From: an uncultured Planctomycetales bacterium
Lineage (GTDB): Bacteria; Omnitrophota; Gorgyraeia; Gygaellales; Profunditerraquicolaceae
Assembly: GCA_964603585.1 (NCBI GenBank)
Contig: CAZRVK010000002.1
Span: 243,561 to 307,560 of the forward strand
DNA length: 64,000 nucleotides
Reading direction: 5' to 3'
The notes under the pieces were generated by a model. The model worked only from the letters and a program-made list of their open reading frames with translations, was not told the DNA's origin and searched no databases. Shown one piece after another: positions 48,110 to 58,563 of the stretch (positions within the stretch are counted from its first letter, which is position 1; each line of letters starts with the position of its first letter). The translations under genes were made by a program, and so were the position numbers.

Positions 48110-48708
48110 TTATTGACGTAAAAATTGACAAGGAAAAATTAGACCGGGCAATCAGGATTATCCCGCAGGCCTTAAAGTTTGAATTAGGGGATGCCTTTGA
48201 CCATATCGGCAGGAGTTTCTTAGGCACATTTAGAAAGGAACGCCTGCAGGGTCCGCCTGGAGTTTACGGCGACGGTAGATATGGGCTTTATGGAACATTC
48301 AGAAGGGCAAGCCTTGTGTCAAAGACGATTGAAGGCATGGGATTGGAGATCTTCTCGGAGTCAAAGGTTTCTAAAAGGCATGAGTTCGGGGAAAGGGTTC
48401 TGCCTGCGGAAAATGCCCTGGCAGTGCCGATTAAGTCATTAAGCGGGGATGTGATGTATACCGCAGGCCACCGCTTAAAAAAGCAGTATAAATATCCGGC
48501 ACAGCTGAAGAAAACTTTTGTGATTACCTCGCGCGGAAAGTCTTTTTTAGCCAAATGGATGGCAGACAGGTTAAGGTTCTTGTATGTGTTTAAACCTTTT
48601 GTGGATATCCGAGAGCGTCTGGAATTTTATCACACTTGGGATGCGATGCAGGGAAAGATTTTTACATACATTAATCAGGGAGTGGATAAGGCCTTGGCCA
48701 AGGTTTAA
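48110..48708 (+). CDS. hypothetical virion protein
   Basis: ORF in head-tail joining region. Confidence 0.35.
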
Positions 48709-48710
48709 AG

Positions 48711-49178
48711 ATGGAAACAGTCAGAGAAAGAATTTTAGCCGATATTAAAACTACTCTTGAAGGCATTACCCAGGCCAACGGATACAACTTTGATTTTACG
48801 CCCCAAACCGTGCAGCGCTGGTCAATGCACGGCAATACACCCGTTGACATTCCGATGATTATTATTACTCCCGGCGATGAAACAGAAGAGTCGTCTGTGC
48901 ATCCGTTTACCGAATGTTCTTTAAGCGTTTTCTTAAGCGTCTTTTATATCAATGACAAAAATGACACCACGCCGACGGATATCTACTTAAACCGCCTGCA
49001 GGCAGATATCAAAAAGGCAGTGCTTTTGGATCACACAAGAGGAGGCGAGGCAGTTGATACTGAGATTGTTTCTACCAGTCCTTTTGTCACAACCGAAGGA
49101 CAGCACTATGCAGGCTTAGTTATAGAATTGAAAATTAAATACCGGCATTTAAGGAATGATCCTACAAGGAGGTCATAA
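48711..49178 (+). CDS. putative tail terminator / head-tail adaptor
   Basis: 155 aa; position before major tail gene. Confidence 0.4.
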   Translation: METVRERILADIKTTLEGITQANGYNFDFTPQTVQRWSMHGNTPVDIPMIIITPGDETEESSVHPFTECSLSVFLSVFYINDKNDTTPTDIYLNRLQADIKKAVLLDHTRGGEAVDTEIVSTSPFVTTEGQHYAGLVIELKIKYRHLRNDPTRRS

Positions 49179-49180
49179 AG

Positions 49181-50329
49181 ATGAGCAAGCTATCGAGGAT
49201 TAGGCAGTTAGTAGCCAGGCCTGAGGCGCAGGAAGGCGTGGCGGAAAATTTAGCGTCTAGCGATGCAGGGTTTTTGGTGGATTATGTCCCCAAGGTCAGT
49301 TTTGAGCCGGAGATGTACCAGCGGGATCCGGTGCGGGAAAGCTTAACCAAGCTGGGCAAAATAACCGGCAAGCGTCCGGCAGGTTTTGATTTCAGCATCA
49401 AGTTAAGAGGCTGGGGAATAGGTTTTATGCCCCGGGAAACTCCTCTGCTTCTTGCCTGCGGCCATCAAGTCAATACTTTAAAGAAAATCTCAATCGGCGC
49501 AGTTACAGCAGGGCCTTTTAAGCACGGCGAAACAATCACCGGTGCAACATCCAGCGCGCAAGGCAGGGTGGTAATTGATACCCCCAACGGCATAACTACG
49601 CTTTATTACGTTGCCATAAGCGGAGTGTTTCAAAGCGGAGAGGATATTGACGGCCAGACTTCAGACGCAAGCGCTCAAGCTTCTTCCGCGCCTGTAAACG
49701 CAGGATATGAAATCAAGCCCTTGAGCAGAAACGCGCCGTCCTTAACCATGGCCTCTTATGAAGACGGAGTGCGCAAACTCTTACGAGGCTGCCGGGGTTC
49801 GGTAAAGTTCAATATGAAGCTGGGTCAGCCTCTTAGCATGGACTTTAAGTTCATGGGGGTTGAGGCAGGGGTAATTGACGCGGCTGTGTTAACCGGCATT
49901 GATTACGGCACTACGGTTGAGCCGGTTATACTCGGGGCAGGCTTTTCTGTTGCCGGAGTTTCGCTGAATGTCGGCTCAATTGATATCGATCTTGCCAATA
50001 AGCTTTCGCCCAGGGACAAGATTGACGACCCCAGCGGCATTCTTTCTTACATGATCACCGACCGCCAGCCCGCAGGGAATATGGATCCTGAAATGCTTTC
50101 AGTTGCCGAGCATGATTTCCACGGCAATTGGCTGAATAACGCAAAGCTGCCTCTAGATTTTTCCTACGGCACAGCCGAGGGCAACAAGTTCCGCTTCTAC
50201 TGCCCGGCAATCCAATACACAAAGGTTGAGGACACGGACAAAGAAGGCATCCAGATTGCCCAGGTTGCTTTTGATTTAACCGGATCGTTCAGTCCGGGTG
50301 ATGATGAGTATTGTATTTTGTGTCTTTAA
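49181..50329 (+). CDS. putative major tail protein (gpV-like)
   Basis: 382 aa immediately upstream of the G/T chaperone pair. Confidence 0.45.
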   Translation: MSKLSRIRQLVARPEAQEGVAENLASSDAGFLVDYVPKVSFEPEMYQRDPVRESLTKLGKITGKRPAGFDFSIKLRGWGIGFMPRETPLLLACGHQVNTLKKISIGAVTAGPFKHGETITGATSSAQGRVVIDTPNGITTLYYVAISGVFQSGEDIDGQTSDASAQASSAPVNAGYEIKPLSRNAPSLTMASYEDGVRKLLRGCRGSVKFNMKLGQPLSMDFKFMGVEAGVIDAAVLTGIDYGTTVEPVILGAGFSVAGVSLNVGSIDIDLANKLSPRDKIDDPSGILSYMITDRQPAGNMDPEMLSVAEHDFHGNWLNNAKLPLDFSYGTAEGNKFRFYCPAIQYTKVEDTDKEGIQIAQVAFDLTGSFSPGDDEYCILCL

Positions 50330-50350
50330 CCTTTATCCAGGAGGAGGACT

Positions 50351-50776
50351 ATGTTTACCGGAATTGATATTAACGCAACGCGAAAATTTATCTCAAAGCT
50401 TGACCCAGATCCGAATAATCCCACGGTATTTCATATTGGAGTATTGGATCCGGTACTGCGCGCCGAGGTCGATGATGAAAGCTCGACTTTTAAAGTAAGC
50501 TCTCCACGGCCGAATGACAAAGGAGACATCCAGTTTAAATGGAGCAGACGCCAGCTGGCTGCTATAAAGTTCGGACTGAAAGGTCTTGAGAACTTCCTTG
50601 ATCCGCAGACAAATAAGCCGGTGGAGTTAGCATTTGACACCATTCAATATGCCGGGAAAATGCGCCAGGCTGTGCCTGACAGAATTATTGCTATGCTGCC
50701 GAGCGAGCTGCGTCAGGAGCTGGCTGAGGCGATTCTAAATGAGTCAAAGCTGTCCGAGGAAGAAGCAAAAAACTGA
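50351..50776 (+). CDS. tail assembly chaperone, gpG-like
   Basis: 141 aa ORF ending at the A_AAA_AAC slippery heptamer, followed by a -1 frame ORF. Confidence 0.65.
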   Translation: MFTGIDINATRKFISKLDPDPNNPTVFHIGVLDPVLRAEVDDESSTFKVSSPRPNDKGDIQFKWSRRQLAAIKFGLKGLENFLDPQTNKPVELAFDTIQYAGKMRQAVPDRIIAMLPSELRQELAEAILNESKLSEEEAKN

Positions 50777-51102
50777 TCCTGGCGGTCCGCATACTTGAGT
50801 TAACGGCGGGCTGCCACGGCTGTTTGGCAGGCAGGAAGACGTCTTGTGAGTTTGAGGTTATAGGGCAGGAGTTTTGGAAGTTTGAAGGAAAGCAGTACCA
50901 GGGCTGCCCCTTTAAGCAGATAACGGAGTTATCCGCCAATTTTATAAGGGCCTACAATTTCTATAAGAGCGGATTCCTGCCGAATCAGGGCAGCTGGCTG
51001 GAACAGCCGGCAAAGTTTATTGAGGCAGTTGAGGTAATAGAAAATGAGCTTGCGCAGATGCGCCAGGAACAGATGAGGAAATACAGGAATGCCTACAAAT
51101 AG
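50767..51102 (+). CDS. tail assembly chaperone gpT-like segment, expressed as G-T fusion by programmed -1 frameshift
   Basis: Slippery A AAA AAC at 50767-50773 is 1 nt before the gpG stop. The -1 frame is open from 50773 into the ORF 50824..51102. Confidence 0.55.
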   Translation, partial: KKLILAVRILELTAGCHGCLAGRKTSCEFEVIGQEFWKFEGKQYQGCPFKQITELSANFIRAYNFYKSGFLPNQGSWLEQPAKFIEAVEVIENELAQMRQEQMRKYRNAYK

Positions 51103-52633
51103 GGAACTCTCCATAATCATGCGCCTCAAGGATGAGGTGACAAAAAAGCTTCAGGGTGTTGAAGCCGGCATCCAGAAATTCGCCAACTCAACGCATAAGC
51201 TGGGCATGAATATGCGCCAGGTCGGAAGAGAGATTACGCAGGTAGGATCAACCTTGACCTTTATGGGCGCTGCCTTAACCGGTCCTTTGGCTTTGGCCTT
51301 TAAATCTTCGGAGAAATATTCTCAATCCGTATCAAACGAGCTCAAACGTCTGGACAATGCTTTTATTGCTTTGCGCGTGAGCATTGCCGAGGCCTTGGTT
51401 CCTGTAGTGCATAAGCTGGCCAATGTCTTTGGAAATCTTCTTGCCCTCTGGAACAGCATCCCGCCGGCAACCCAGCAGATGATTATTCAGGGTATTGCTA
51501 TAACCGGAATATTTCTAACCTTAAGCGGAGTGGTAGTTAATCTCGGAGGCAGGCTAATTAGATTAGGCGGGATAATCCTGGATTTAGTGAGCAAGTTTGC
51601 CTTATTTGCCCTGGCCAACCCCTGGCTGGTAGGCATAGCTGCGGTTGTGACAGGACTGATTATTGTTTTTCTTAAATTCCGGGATGTGGCTGTGCCGGTT
51701 TTAAACGCAATTGAGATCGCTGCGCAAATGGTCTATATCGGCTTTGTCAAGCTTATCAAGTATCTCTTAGTTGGCTTTGACCAGCTGAGCTTAGGCCTGC
51801 AGAAGTTCTACGAGCTTTTAGGCAAGATCCCGGGCAAATTAGGCGAGCCTTACAGAGAAGCATCAGAGCATATCAAAAAATTCAGGGAGAATTTAGACGG
51901 ATTAATCAAAGCCTCAGATATGGAGATGGACCGTGTCGGCAGTAAGATTTCAAATATTCTGGTAACCGGCGAGGGCAGCTTAGTCAAAGGTTATGACAAA
52001 GCCAGAGCTGCAATAGAAAATTTTATCAACTCGCTTAAGAATTTAGGCAAGGATATAAAAATTGACGAGGTGGCGCAGAAGTTTGACGCCATAAAGTCAA
52101 TAGGCGAAGGAACGGCCAAGTCCTTGGGCAGCGTGTTTAAACATTTCTTTACTGATTTATTCAAAGGCCAGATTGATGATGTCAGGGATTATTTTGCGGA
52201 ATTCGGCAATATGATGCTGGAGGTCTTAGCCGAGGTCCTGGCTAAGATGATCCTGGTTAAGACCATAGGCGCAGTATTTCCCGGGATGATTCCGTTCTTT
52301 CATAGAGGAGGCATGGTTTATCACGCAGGAGGGCCGGTTCATGCAGTATACGCGCATGCAGGCCTTGAGCCCGATGAGGTGCCGATTATTGCGCAGAGCG
52401 GAGAAGGGGTTTTATCCAGGCGGGGAATACGGGCTTTAGGCGGAGCAGCCAGCCTGCGCAGGCTGAATGAAGGAGAATCCTTAAAGCCCGGCATCACCAT
52501 AAATGTAAACCAGGTAATCCAGGCCTGGGACGCGCAGGATGTCTGGCGTAACCGCAAGATGTTATCTAATGCCATTGCCGATGACATTTATAACAACGGC
52601 AAGATCCGTTCGGTAATCAGGAGCTATACATGA
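51089..52633 (+). CDS. tail tape measure protein
   Basis: 514 aa, coiled-coil N-terminus, central hydrophobic segments (QMIIQGIAITGIFLTLSGVVVNLGG). Confidence 0.7.
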   Translation: MPTNRELSIIMRLKDEVTKKLQGVEAGIQKFANSTHKLGMNMRQVGREITQVGSTLTFMGAALTGPLALAFKSSEKYSQSVSNELKRLDNAFIALRVSIAEALVPVVHKLANVFGNLLALWNSIPPATQQMIIQGIAITGIFLTLSGVVVNLGGRLIRLGGIILDLVSKFALFALANPWLVGIAAVVTGLIIVFLKFRDVAVPVLNAIEIAAQMVYIGFVKLIKYLLVGFDQLSLGLQKFYELLGKIPGKLGEPYREASEHIKKFRENLDGLIKASDMEMDRVGSKISNILVTGEGSLVKGYDKARAAIENFINSLKNLGKDIKIDEVAQKFDAIKSIGEGTAKSLGSVFKHFFTDLFKGQIDDVRDYFAEFGNMMLEVLAEVLAKMILVKTIGAVFPGMIPFFHRGGMVYHAGGPVHAVYAHAGLEPDEVPIIAQSGEGVLSRRGIRALGGAASLRRLNEGESLKPGITINVNQVIQAWDAQDVWRNRKMLSNAIADDIYNNGKIRSVIRSYT

Positions 52634-52968
52634 GCGACTTTACTTATCTGCCGGATTTTTTAATTGATGAGACAGTGGAATATAAGACGCTTGTATCCGA
52701 GTTTGAAAACGGCGCAGAGCAGAGACGGCGCAAGTGGCAGAATCCTTTAAGTAAATGGACGCTCAGGTTTAATAACCGCGCGCTTGCAGAAATGGAAGCG
52801 GTGCGGGATTTCTTTAAGAATAAGTTCGGCGCCTTTATGAGCTTTACTTGGACAAACCCGAATGATTCAGTGGAATACCCTGTTAGGTTTGTCGAGGACA
52901 GTTTTCAATTCAGCCGTAAGGCATACGGAGTGTATGACTTTGAGTTTGAATTTATCGAGGTGAAGTAA
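52630..52968 (+). CDS. minor tail protein, gpM-like
   Basis: 112 aa, position and size after tape measure. Confidence 0.6.
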   Translation: MSDFTYLPDFLIDETVEYKTLVSEFENGAEQRRRKWQNPLSKWTLRFNNRALAEMEAVRDFFKNKFGAFMSFTWTNPNDSVEYPVRFVEDSFQFSRKAYGVYDFEFEFIEVK

Positions 52969-53579
52969 TGCCGCGCGAAACAGACAGCACATTTAAGCAG
53001 GAGAAGGCAAGGCGCGAAAATGCGCCTATATTTTTATATACCCTTGAGAAATACGACGGCATTAATGATCTTCGCTTAGCGGGTTTTGACGAAGATATCG
53101 TATACAATGGCGTTACTTATTCGCGCTTTCCTATAACTCATGAGTTTGTCGGCGAGAATAACCAAGGTCAGATTGACCAGGTCAAAATTAGGCTGAGTAA
53201 TGTCTCAAGGCTGATTCAGCTTTATTTAGAGCAGTTTGATTTTAGGGGCAAAAAGGTCACGATACGCATGGTCTGGCTGGATCAGCTGTCTGATCCGGAT
53301 GCCTTTATGGATGACATTTTCTATATTGATAACTACAGCGCAGACCAGAACAATGTGGAGTTTACTCTGACAGGCAAGTTTGATGTCTTGGGAGTGGATC
53401 TTCCGGCAAGGAGATATTCCCGGAATTACTGCAGCTGGAAATTTAAGTCTCTTGAGTGCGGGTATGCAGGGGTTGAGACAACGTGCAATAAGACAAAACA
53501 AAGATGCAAACAATTGAACAATTATCAGAGGTTCGGGGCTTTCCCTTCGGTGCCGACACGGCGCATCTACGTGATGTAG
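52968..53579 (+). CDS. minor tail protein, gpL-like
   Basis: 203 aa with C-terminal Cys cluster (CSWKFKSLECGYAGVETTCNKTKQRCKQL), as in gpL Fe-S-binding proteins. Confidence 0.6.
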   Translation: MPRETDSTFKQEKARRENAPIFLYTLEKYDGINDLRLAGFDEDIVYNGVTYSRFPITHEFVGENNQGQIDQVKIRLSNVSRLIQLYLEQFDFRGKKVTIRMVWLDQLSDPDAFMDDIFYIDNYSADQNNVEFTLTGKFDVLGVDLPARRYSRNYCSWKFKSLECGYAGVETTCNKTKQRCKQLNNYQRFGAFPSVPTRRIYVM

Positions 53580-53980
53580 AAAGACGCATTATCGGGAAAT
53601 ATCTCGGCATCCCTTATCAGCACAGGGCCCGGTCCTTAGCAGGTCTTGACTGCTGGGGATTTTTAAAGTTTGTCTATGCTGATCTAGGCGTACGGCTGTT
53701 TGATATTGAGGACTTAGAATACTCAAAGGTCTGGGGCATGGAAGGCAGAGATTATTTTAAGGAACATTACTTTCATGACTGGTTTCAGGTTAAAGAGCCG
53801 CAAGTTTTAGATGGGATATTGTTTGTGAATTCGAGAAGAATCGCCAATCACGCAGGCATTGTTTTAAGCAACAAAAGATTTATTCACTGCTGCAGGCAGG
53901 GAGTGATTATTTCTAGGATAAACGATCCTTCCTGGCTGCCAAGGATAGAGGGTTTTTACCGGCTAAAGGCGAAAGTATGA
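53504..53980 (+). CDS. tail assembly protein gpK-like (NlpC/P60-type)
   Basis: LDCWGFLKFVYADLGVRL with downstream His: NlpC/P60 Cys-His pattern. Confidence 0.55.
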   Translation: MQTIEQLSEVRGFPFGADTAHLRDVERRIIGKYLGIPYQHRARSLAGLDCWGFLKFVYADLGVRLFDIEDLEYSKVWGMEGRDYFKEHYFHDWFQVKEPQVLDGILFVNSRRIANHAGIVLSNKRFIHCCRQGVIISRINDPSWLPRIEGFYRLKAKV

Positions 53981-56900
53981 TTATCATACGCAATATAACC
54001 AATCCTTTTAAACCAGAAGACGCAGAGCTTAAAAGGATAGATTATTCCCGGCATAAGACTCTGCAGGAAGTTTTAATTGAATCCGGATTTGATTACCAAG
54101 ATAAGCGCGTTATTGTCAGCGGCAAGCGTATTGAGAACCTGTCTGCTTATCTTGATAACGAAGATGAGATTACCATTATCCCTGAAGTCAAAGCGCCGGT
54201 AGTGGCAATTATCTCTGCCATAGTGTCAGCAGTCTGGGCTGTGGCCGTAGCGCATCCGTTCTTATTTGCCTTCTTTGTGCTCTCCATGGGCTATGCCATT
54301 TACCAGAATATGAACCAGCCTAAGATGCCGGATTTTAACCTCGGAGGCGCAGCCGGACTTGATGAGGGCTCGCCTACCTACGGCTGGGACGGTGTGCAAA
54401 CTATCCAGGAAGTAGGAGTGCCGGTAGCAATTGTTTACGGCGAGCATAGAATCGGCGGCAATATTATTAATCAATTCCTTTGGGAAGACGGAGATAACCA
54501 TTATTTAAATGTCCTGCTTGCGCTTTGCGAAGGAGAGATTGAGTCAATAGAAGCAATAGAGATTAACAATAACCCCATTGATAACTTCGGCGGAGTGACG
54601 GTTTCAAAGCGCTTTGGCACAAACTATCAGAACCTTATCAGCAATTTTGAGGATCTGCATAATCTTTATCCGGTTAACGCCAATCTGGTTAAAAATAATC
54701 CTTATGTCTACACCACAGTGGATTCGGATGTGGAAGGCTTTGAGATCCACTTAAGGCTGAATAACGGCCTTTACCAGCAAAGCTCTGGCTCAGGTGATAT
54801 CCAGAGCTGGAGTGTGACTTATAAGGTTGAATACAAACTGCATTCAGAAGGTGCCTATATTGATTTAGGCGAAACTACCATTTCGGAAAAATCCCGCTCA
54901 ACCGTGCGCCGGGTGTTTCGCAAAGCTGGGTTAACTCCTGGACAATACGATATCAGGATCACCCGCACCTCAGATGACAGTTCGCTTTCGCCTTTAAAGC
55001 AGGGCGATTTAACCTTATTTCAGATAGATGAGCTGAAGACTGACGACTTAAGTTATCCAAATACTGCGCTTTTGGGCCTGCAGCTTTTAGCCACAGACCA
55101 GCTTAACGGCGGAACGCCGAATATTACCGCGGTTGTAAAGGGCAAAAAAGTGTTAGTCCCGGATATCCGTAACAGCGGAGTGCCGGTTAACTGGGAAAAC
55201 TACTACTGGGACGGCAGTAATTATCGGCTCTTATCTGATGATACCTTACTTGAATGGGACGGCTCAACTTATGTTGAGGCATACTCGGCTAATCCGGTTT
55301 GGTGCCTAAGGGACTTTATTGTTAATCACCGTTACGGGCTGGGTGAGTTTATTTTAACGCAGCATCTGGACAACGCCTCACTCTTGGAGATGTCGCAGTA
55401 TTGCGAGGAAAAGGTTGCCGACGGAAAAGGCGGTTTTGAGAAACGCTTTAGATTAGATGTAGTTATCGACTCCAATCATAAGGCCCTGGATATCCTCATT
55501 CAGTTAAGCGCTGTATTTAATGCTATGCCTGTATACAGCGCAGGAGGGATTACCTTTAAGATAGACAAACAGACTTTGCCTACTCAGCTTTTCGGCATGG
55601 GTAATATCATCAAGGACAGTTTTGTGCAAAGCTGGAAGACGATTAAGGAAGTGCCGAATGTGATTGAGGTGCAGTTTACAGATAAAGAGAAAAACTACCG
55701 CCAGGAGACCATTGCTTATATTGATGAGCAAGCCTTAGCTAACGGCGAGCCGATGCGCAAAAGCCAGGTGCGTCTATTTACTACCGGCGCAAGTTATGCA
55801 ATACGGGCAGCGCGCTATGCCTTAAAAGTAGCAAAGTATATCAACCGTTCAATTGTTTTTAAGGCAGGCATTGACGCGGTTGCCTGCCAGGCAGGAGATA
55901 TTATTTCTCTTTCGCATGATGTGCCGCAGTGGGGTTTCTCAGGCAGGGTAAAAGCAGGTTCTACTGCGACCTTAGTTAAGCTGGATCGTGCAATGACCAT
56001 TGAGGACGGTAAGTCCTACAAGATACAAATCAGATTTTCCGACGACTCCATTGAGGAAAGCACGATTACCTCGCCAGCCGGAACCTATACCGAGCTTGAA
56101 TGTTTGGCATTTAGTAAAGCACCGCAGGATTTTGATGTTTATGCCATAGGCGAGACAAATAAAGTCAAAAAGGATTTTCGGGTGGTAGCCATTCAACGAG
56201 AAGGCAAGAACGAGGTGCAGATTCAGGCTCTGGAGTATAACGAGGCAGCTTACGATGATTCTGATATTATCCTGCCTCAGAATAATTATTCGGCGCTTTC
56301 CGGCGAGATTCCGCTGGTGACAAATCTTACCTTAACCGAATCCCTGGTGAAGAAAACCGACGGCACCATTGAGAATGCCATTGATGTCTGGTTTGACCGG
56401 CCGGTATTTGTTGATCACTATGTCAAATCATTTGCCAAGGCAAAGATCTATTTGAGCGATGATAACGGTTTAAGCTGGGGAGCCAGGGGTGAAACTGCCG
56501 GCTCTTATTTTAGAATTATCGGCGATATCGTAGACAGACACACCTATAAGGTCAAGGTTACATCATTGACCGATATGGATGAGGAAAGCTCTTTAGCTGC
56601 AGCGCCCGAAGCCTCAATCACAGTCGTGGGCAAGTCTGCGCCTCCAAGCGATGTCTCGACCTTCCTGGTTAACCAGAACAGGGATCAGCTTTATTTCGGC
56701 TGGAGCGAGATTCCGGATGTGGATGTCTGGGGATATGAAATCAGACGCGGGGTAGACTGGGAAAGCGGGGAGGTAATAACATTCCAGCAGGGGACGCATT
56801 ACCTGGCCACCGGCCTTAAAAAAGGCATTGACCAGAAGTTCTGGATTAAGGCCATTGATACCTCAGGCAACTATTCTGCAAACCCCATAGAGTCGGTCCT

Positions 56901-57597
56901 TACTGTAGGGGAAATCCCCTTTAGGAATGTTATCGCCGAGTTTCAGGAGCACCCCTTATGGCAGGGTATAAAGACGAATCTTGAAATCAGTGTTGAAACA
57001 TTGATAATTTCCGACGGGTTTTTATCCGGCGAATACGAAATGCTGGTGCGGGACTTAGGCTATGTGGCAGCAGCTTTCATTGAGATAGAGGCAATTGTTT
57101 CCTTGTCAACCGGCAGAAGATTTGACAGCGATCCCAATGCCAGGTTTAACGACAGTTTGTCTTACCGCTTTACCGGCCAGGAAACCCAGCGTCAGGCAAG
57201 TTTTAAGATTCGCCTCTCAGAAGACAATATCAACTGGTCAGAGTGGCTGGATTATCAGCCCGGAGATTATTACTGCAGATACTTCCAACTAAAGATGATC
57301 TTAGCCAGAGAAAACTTAGGCGATTATGTGACCTGCTCAACCCTGCAGTACCTGGCTGACCTTCCGGACGTGGATGACTTCGGCAGGGATGAAGTCACAG
57401 ATGCAAACGAGGGCAAAGAGGTATTTTTTACCAAGACGTTTCATGAGGAGCCGAATGTGCATATTGAGATAACTTCCGGAGCAGGCGTTTATATACAGTT
57501 TGTGCATAAGACCACAACCAGCTTTAAGGCCAAATTATTTAATGCTCAAGGCGCTGCGCAGACCGGCCATTTTGACTGGCACGGCCATGGAGTATAG
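53977..57597 (+). CDS. host specificity protein gpJ-like with N-terminal gpI-like domain (I-J fusion)
   Basis: 1206 aa; N-terminal ubiquitin-like/TM segment resembles gpI; GEHRIGGNIINQF...LALCEGEIESI resembles the phage-tail_3 domain of J proteins. Confidence 0.7.
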   Translation: MIIIRNITNPFKPEDAELKRIDYSRHKTLQEVLIESGFDYQDKRVIVSGKRIENLSAYLDNEDEITIIPEVKAPVVAIISAIVSAVWAVAVAHPFLFAFFVLSMGYAIYQNMNQPKMPDFNLGGAAGLDEGSPTYGWDGVQTIQEVGVPVAIVYGEHRIGGNIINQFLWEDGDNHYLNVLLALCEGEIESIEAIEINNNPIDNFGGVTVSKRFGTNYQNLISNFEDLHNLYPVNANLVKNNPYVYTTVDSDVEGFEIHLRLNNGLYQQSSGSGDIQSWSVTYKVEYKLHSEGAYIDLGETTISEKSRSTVRRVFRKAGLTPGQYDIRITRTSDDSSLSPLKQGDLTLFQIDELKTDDLSYPNTALLGLQLLATDQLNGGTPNITAVVKGKKVLVPDIRNSGVPVNWENYYWDGSNYRLLSDDTLLEWDGSTYVEAYSANPVWCLRDFIVNHRYGLGEFILTQHLDNASLLEMSQYCEEKVADGKGGFEKRFRLDVVIDSNHKALDILIQLSAVFNAMPVYSAGGITFKIDKQTLPTQLFGMGNIIKDSFVQSWKTIKEVPNVIEVQFTDKEKNYRQETIAYIDEQALANGEPMRKSQVRLFTTGASYAIRAARYALKVAKYINRSIVFKAGIDAVACQAGDIISLSHDVPQWGFSGRVKAGSTATLVKLDRAMTIEDGKSYKIQIRFSDDSIEESTITSPAGTYTELECLAFSKAPQDFDVYAIGETNKVKKDFRVVAIQREGKNEVQIQALEYNEAAYDDSDIILPQNNYSALSGEIPLVTNLTLTESLVKKTDGTIENAIDVWFDRPVFVDHYVKSFAKAKIYLSDDNGLSWGARGETAGSYFRIIGDIVDRHTYKVKVTSLTDMDEESSLAAAPEASITVVGKSAPPSDVSTFLVNQNRDQLYFGWSEIPDVDVWGYEIRRGVDWESGEVITFQQGTHYLATGLKKGIDQKFWIKAIDTSGNYSANPIESVLTVGEIPFRNVIAEFQEHPLWQGIKTNLEISVETLIISDGFLSGEYEMLVRDLGYVAAAFIEIEAIVSLSTGRRFDSDPNARFNDSLSYRFTGQETQRQASFKIRLSEDNINWSEWLDYQPGDYYCRYFQLKMILARENLGDYVTCSTLQYLADLPDVDDFGRDEVTDANEGKEVFFTKTFHEEPNVHIEITSGAGVYIQFVHKTTTSFKAKLFNAQGAAQTGHFDWHGHGV

Positions 57598-57600
57598 CAA

Positions 57601-57816
57601 ATGGGAAAGAATCTTATACCGGCAAAGGTAATTATTGAATTCGATAACGGCGCTTTTTCAAGCGGCGTTATTATTTATAAAGTCAATGACAACGGCGCCA
57701 TAAGCCGGGTTAAAACTATTGGCATAAAGAATGCTGATTTCAGCAGACCGATGCTGAACGGCCTGCTGCAGAAATTTATTCAGCATGCGCAAAGCGCAGA
57801 AGGAATTCAAGAATGA
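57601..57816 (+). CDS. hypothetical protein (71 aa)
   Basis: ORF only. Confidence 0.3.
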   Translation: MGKNLIPAKVIIEFDNGAFSSGVIIYKVNDNGAISRVKTIGIKNADFSRPMLNGLLQKFIQHAQSAEGIQE

Positions 57817-58091
57817 TCTGCTCAAGATGCAAGCAGGAGATTCCTAAAGACATGGCTTATGTGTTGATAAAGGGAAACATTATTCTGCGCGCTCCTAAAA
57901 AGCGGCCTTTGGTGTTTACCTGTATTGAGCAGGCATTTAATTACGCGCAGGCTCTTTTTATGCACGATGTCTGCTGGATTGAAACCTTAAGAGAGCACGG
58001 CGTTGAGCTTTACGATATGAATAAGGTAGCAGAGCAATACAAGAACAAGGAGGTTTCCGATGGCTTGGGACAAGACAAAGCCGGAAAATGA
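57813..58091 (+). CDS. hypothetical protein (92 aa, CxxC N-terminus)
   Basis: ORF only; MICSRCKQEI. Confidence 0.3.
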   Translation: MICSRCKQEIPKDMAYVLIKGNIILRAPKKRPLVFTCIEQAFNYAQALFMHDVCWIETLREHGVELYDMNKVAEQYKNKEVSDGLGQDKAGK

Positions 58092-58560
58092 CATGCTTTT
58101 GATTAACTTCCCGGCTGCCTGCAGGGCAAACTGGGAAGCCTTGGAGCTAGGCACAGATCCGAATCTTTTAATAACGAATGCTAAAGTAGCGCCCGGTGCC
58201 GGCATAGAAGACACTAAACTTGCGCAGATAGTTACGCCGAATAAGGTAAGCGGCGCAGCTTTAACCGGCCTGGCAAATATTCCTTCTGCAGCAGGGGTCC
58301 TGCCGGAGGTAAACTCGCCGAATAAACTCAAGGCTGATGTCAGCGATACAACCCCGGAGTATTTAGAATCTCTTGTTGATGCAGGGGTATTTCAAATATC
58401 AGCCGGCGACCAGCTGCAGTTAAAAGACGGCGGCGTTCAGACCCAGAAATTAGAAGGCGGAGCTGCTTCGCCCGGCAATAAAAAATACTACGGCACAAAC
58501 GCTTCCGGCACAAAAGGTTTTTTTGATATCGGAGGAGGCACAGCAGTTTACGCGCCTTAA
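58060..58560 (+). CDS. hypothetical tail-fibre-region protein (166 aa)
   Basis: Gly/Ala-rich; position distal to J. Confidence 0.35.
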   Translation: MAWDKTKPENDMLLINFPAACRANWEALELGTDPNLLITNAKVAPGAGIEDTKLAQIVTPNKVSGAALTGLANIPSAAGVLPEVNSPNKLKADVSDTTPEYLESLVDAGVFQISAGDQLQLKDGGVQTQKLEGGAASPGNKKYYGTNASGTKGFFDIGGGTAVYAP

Positions 58561-58563
58561 ATT

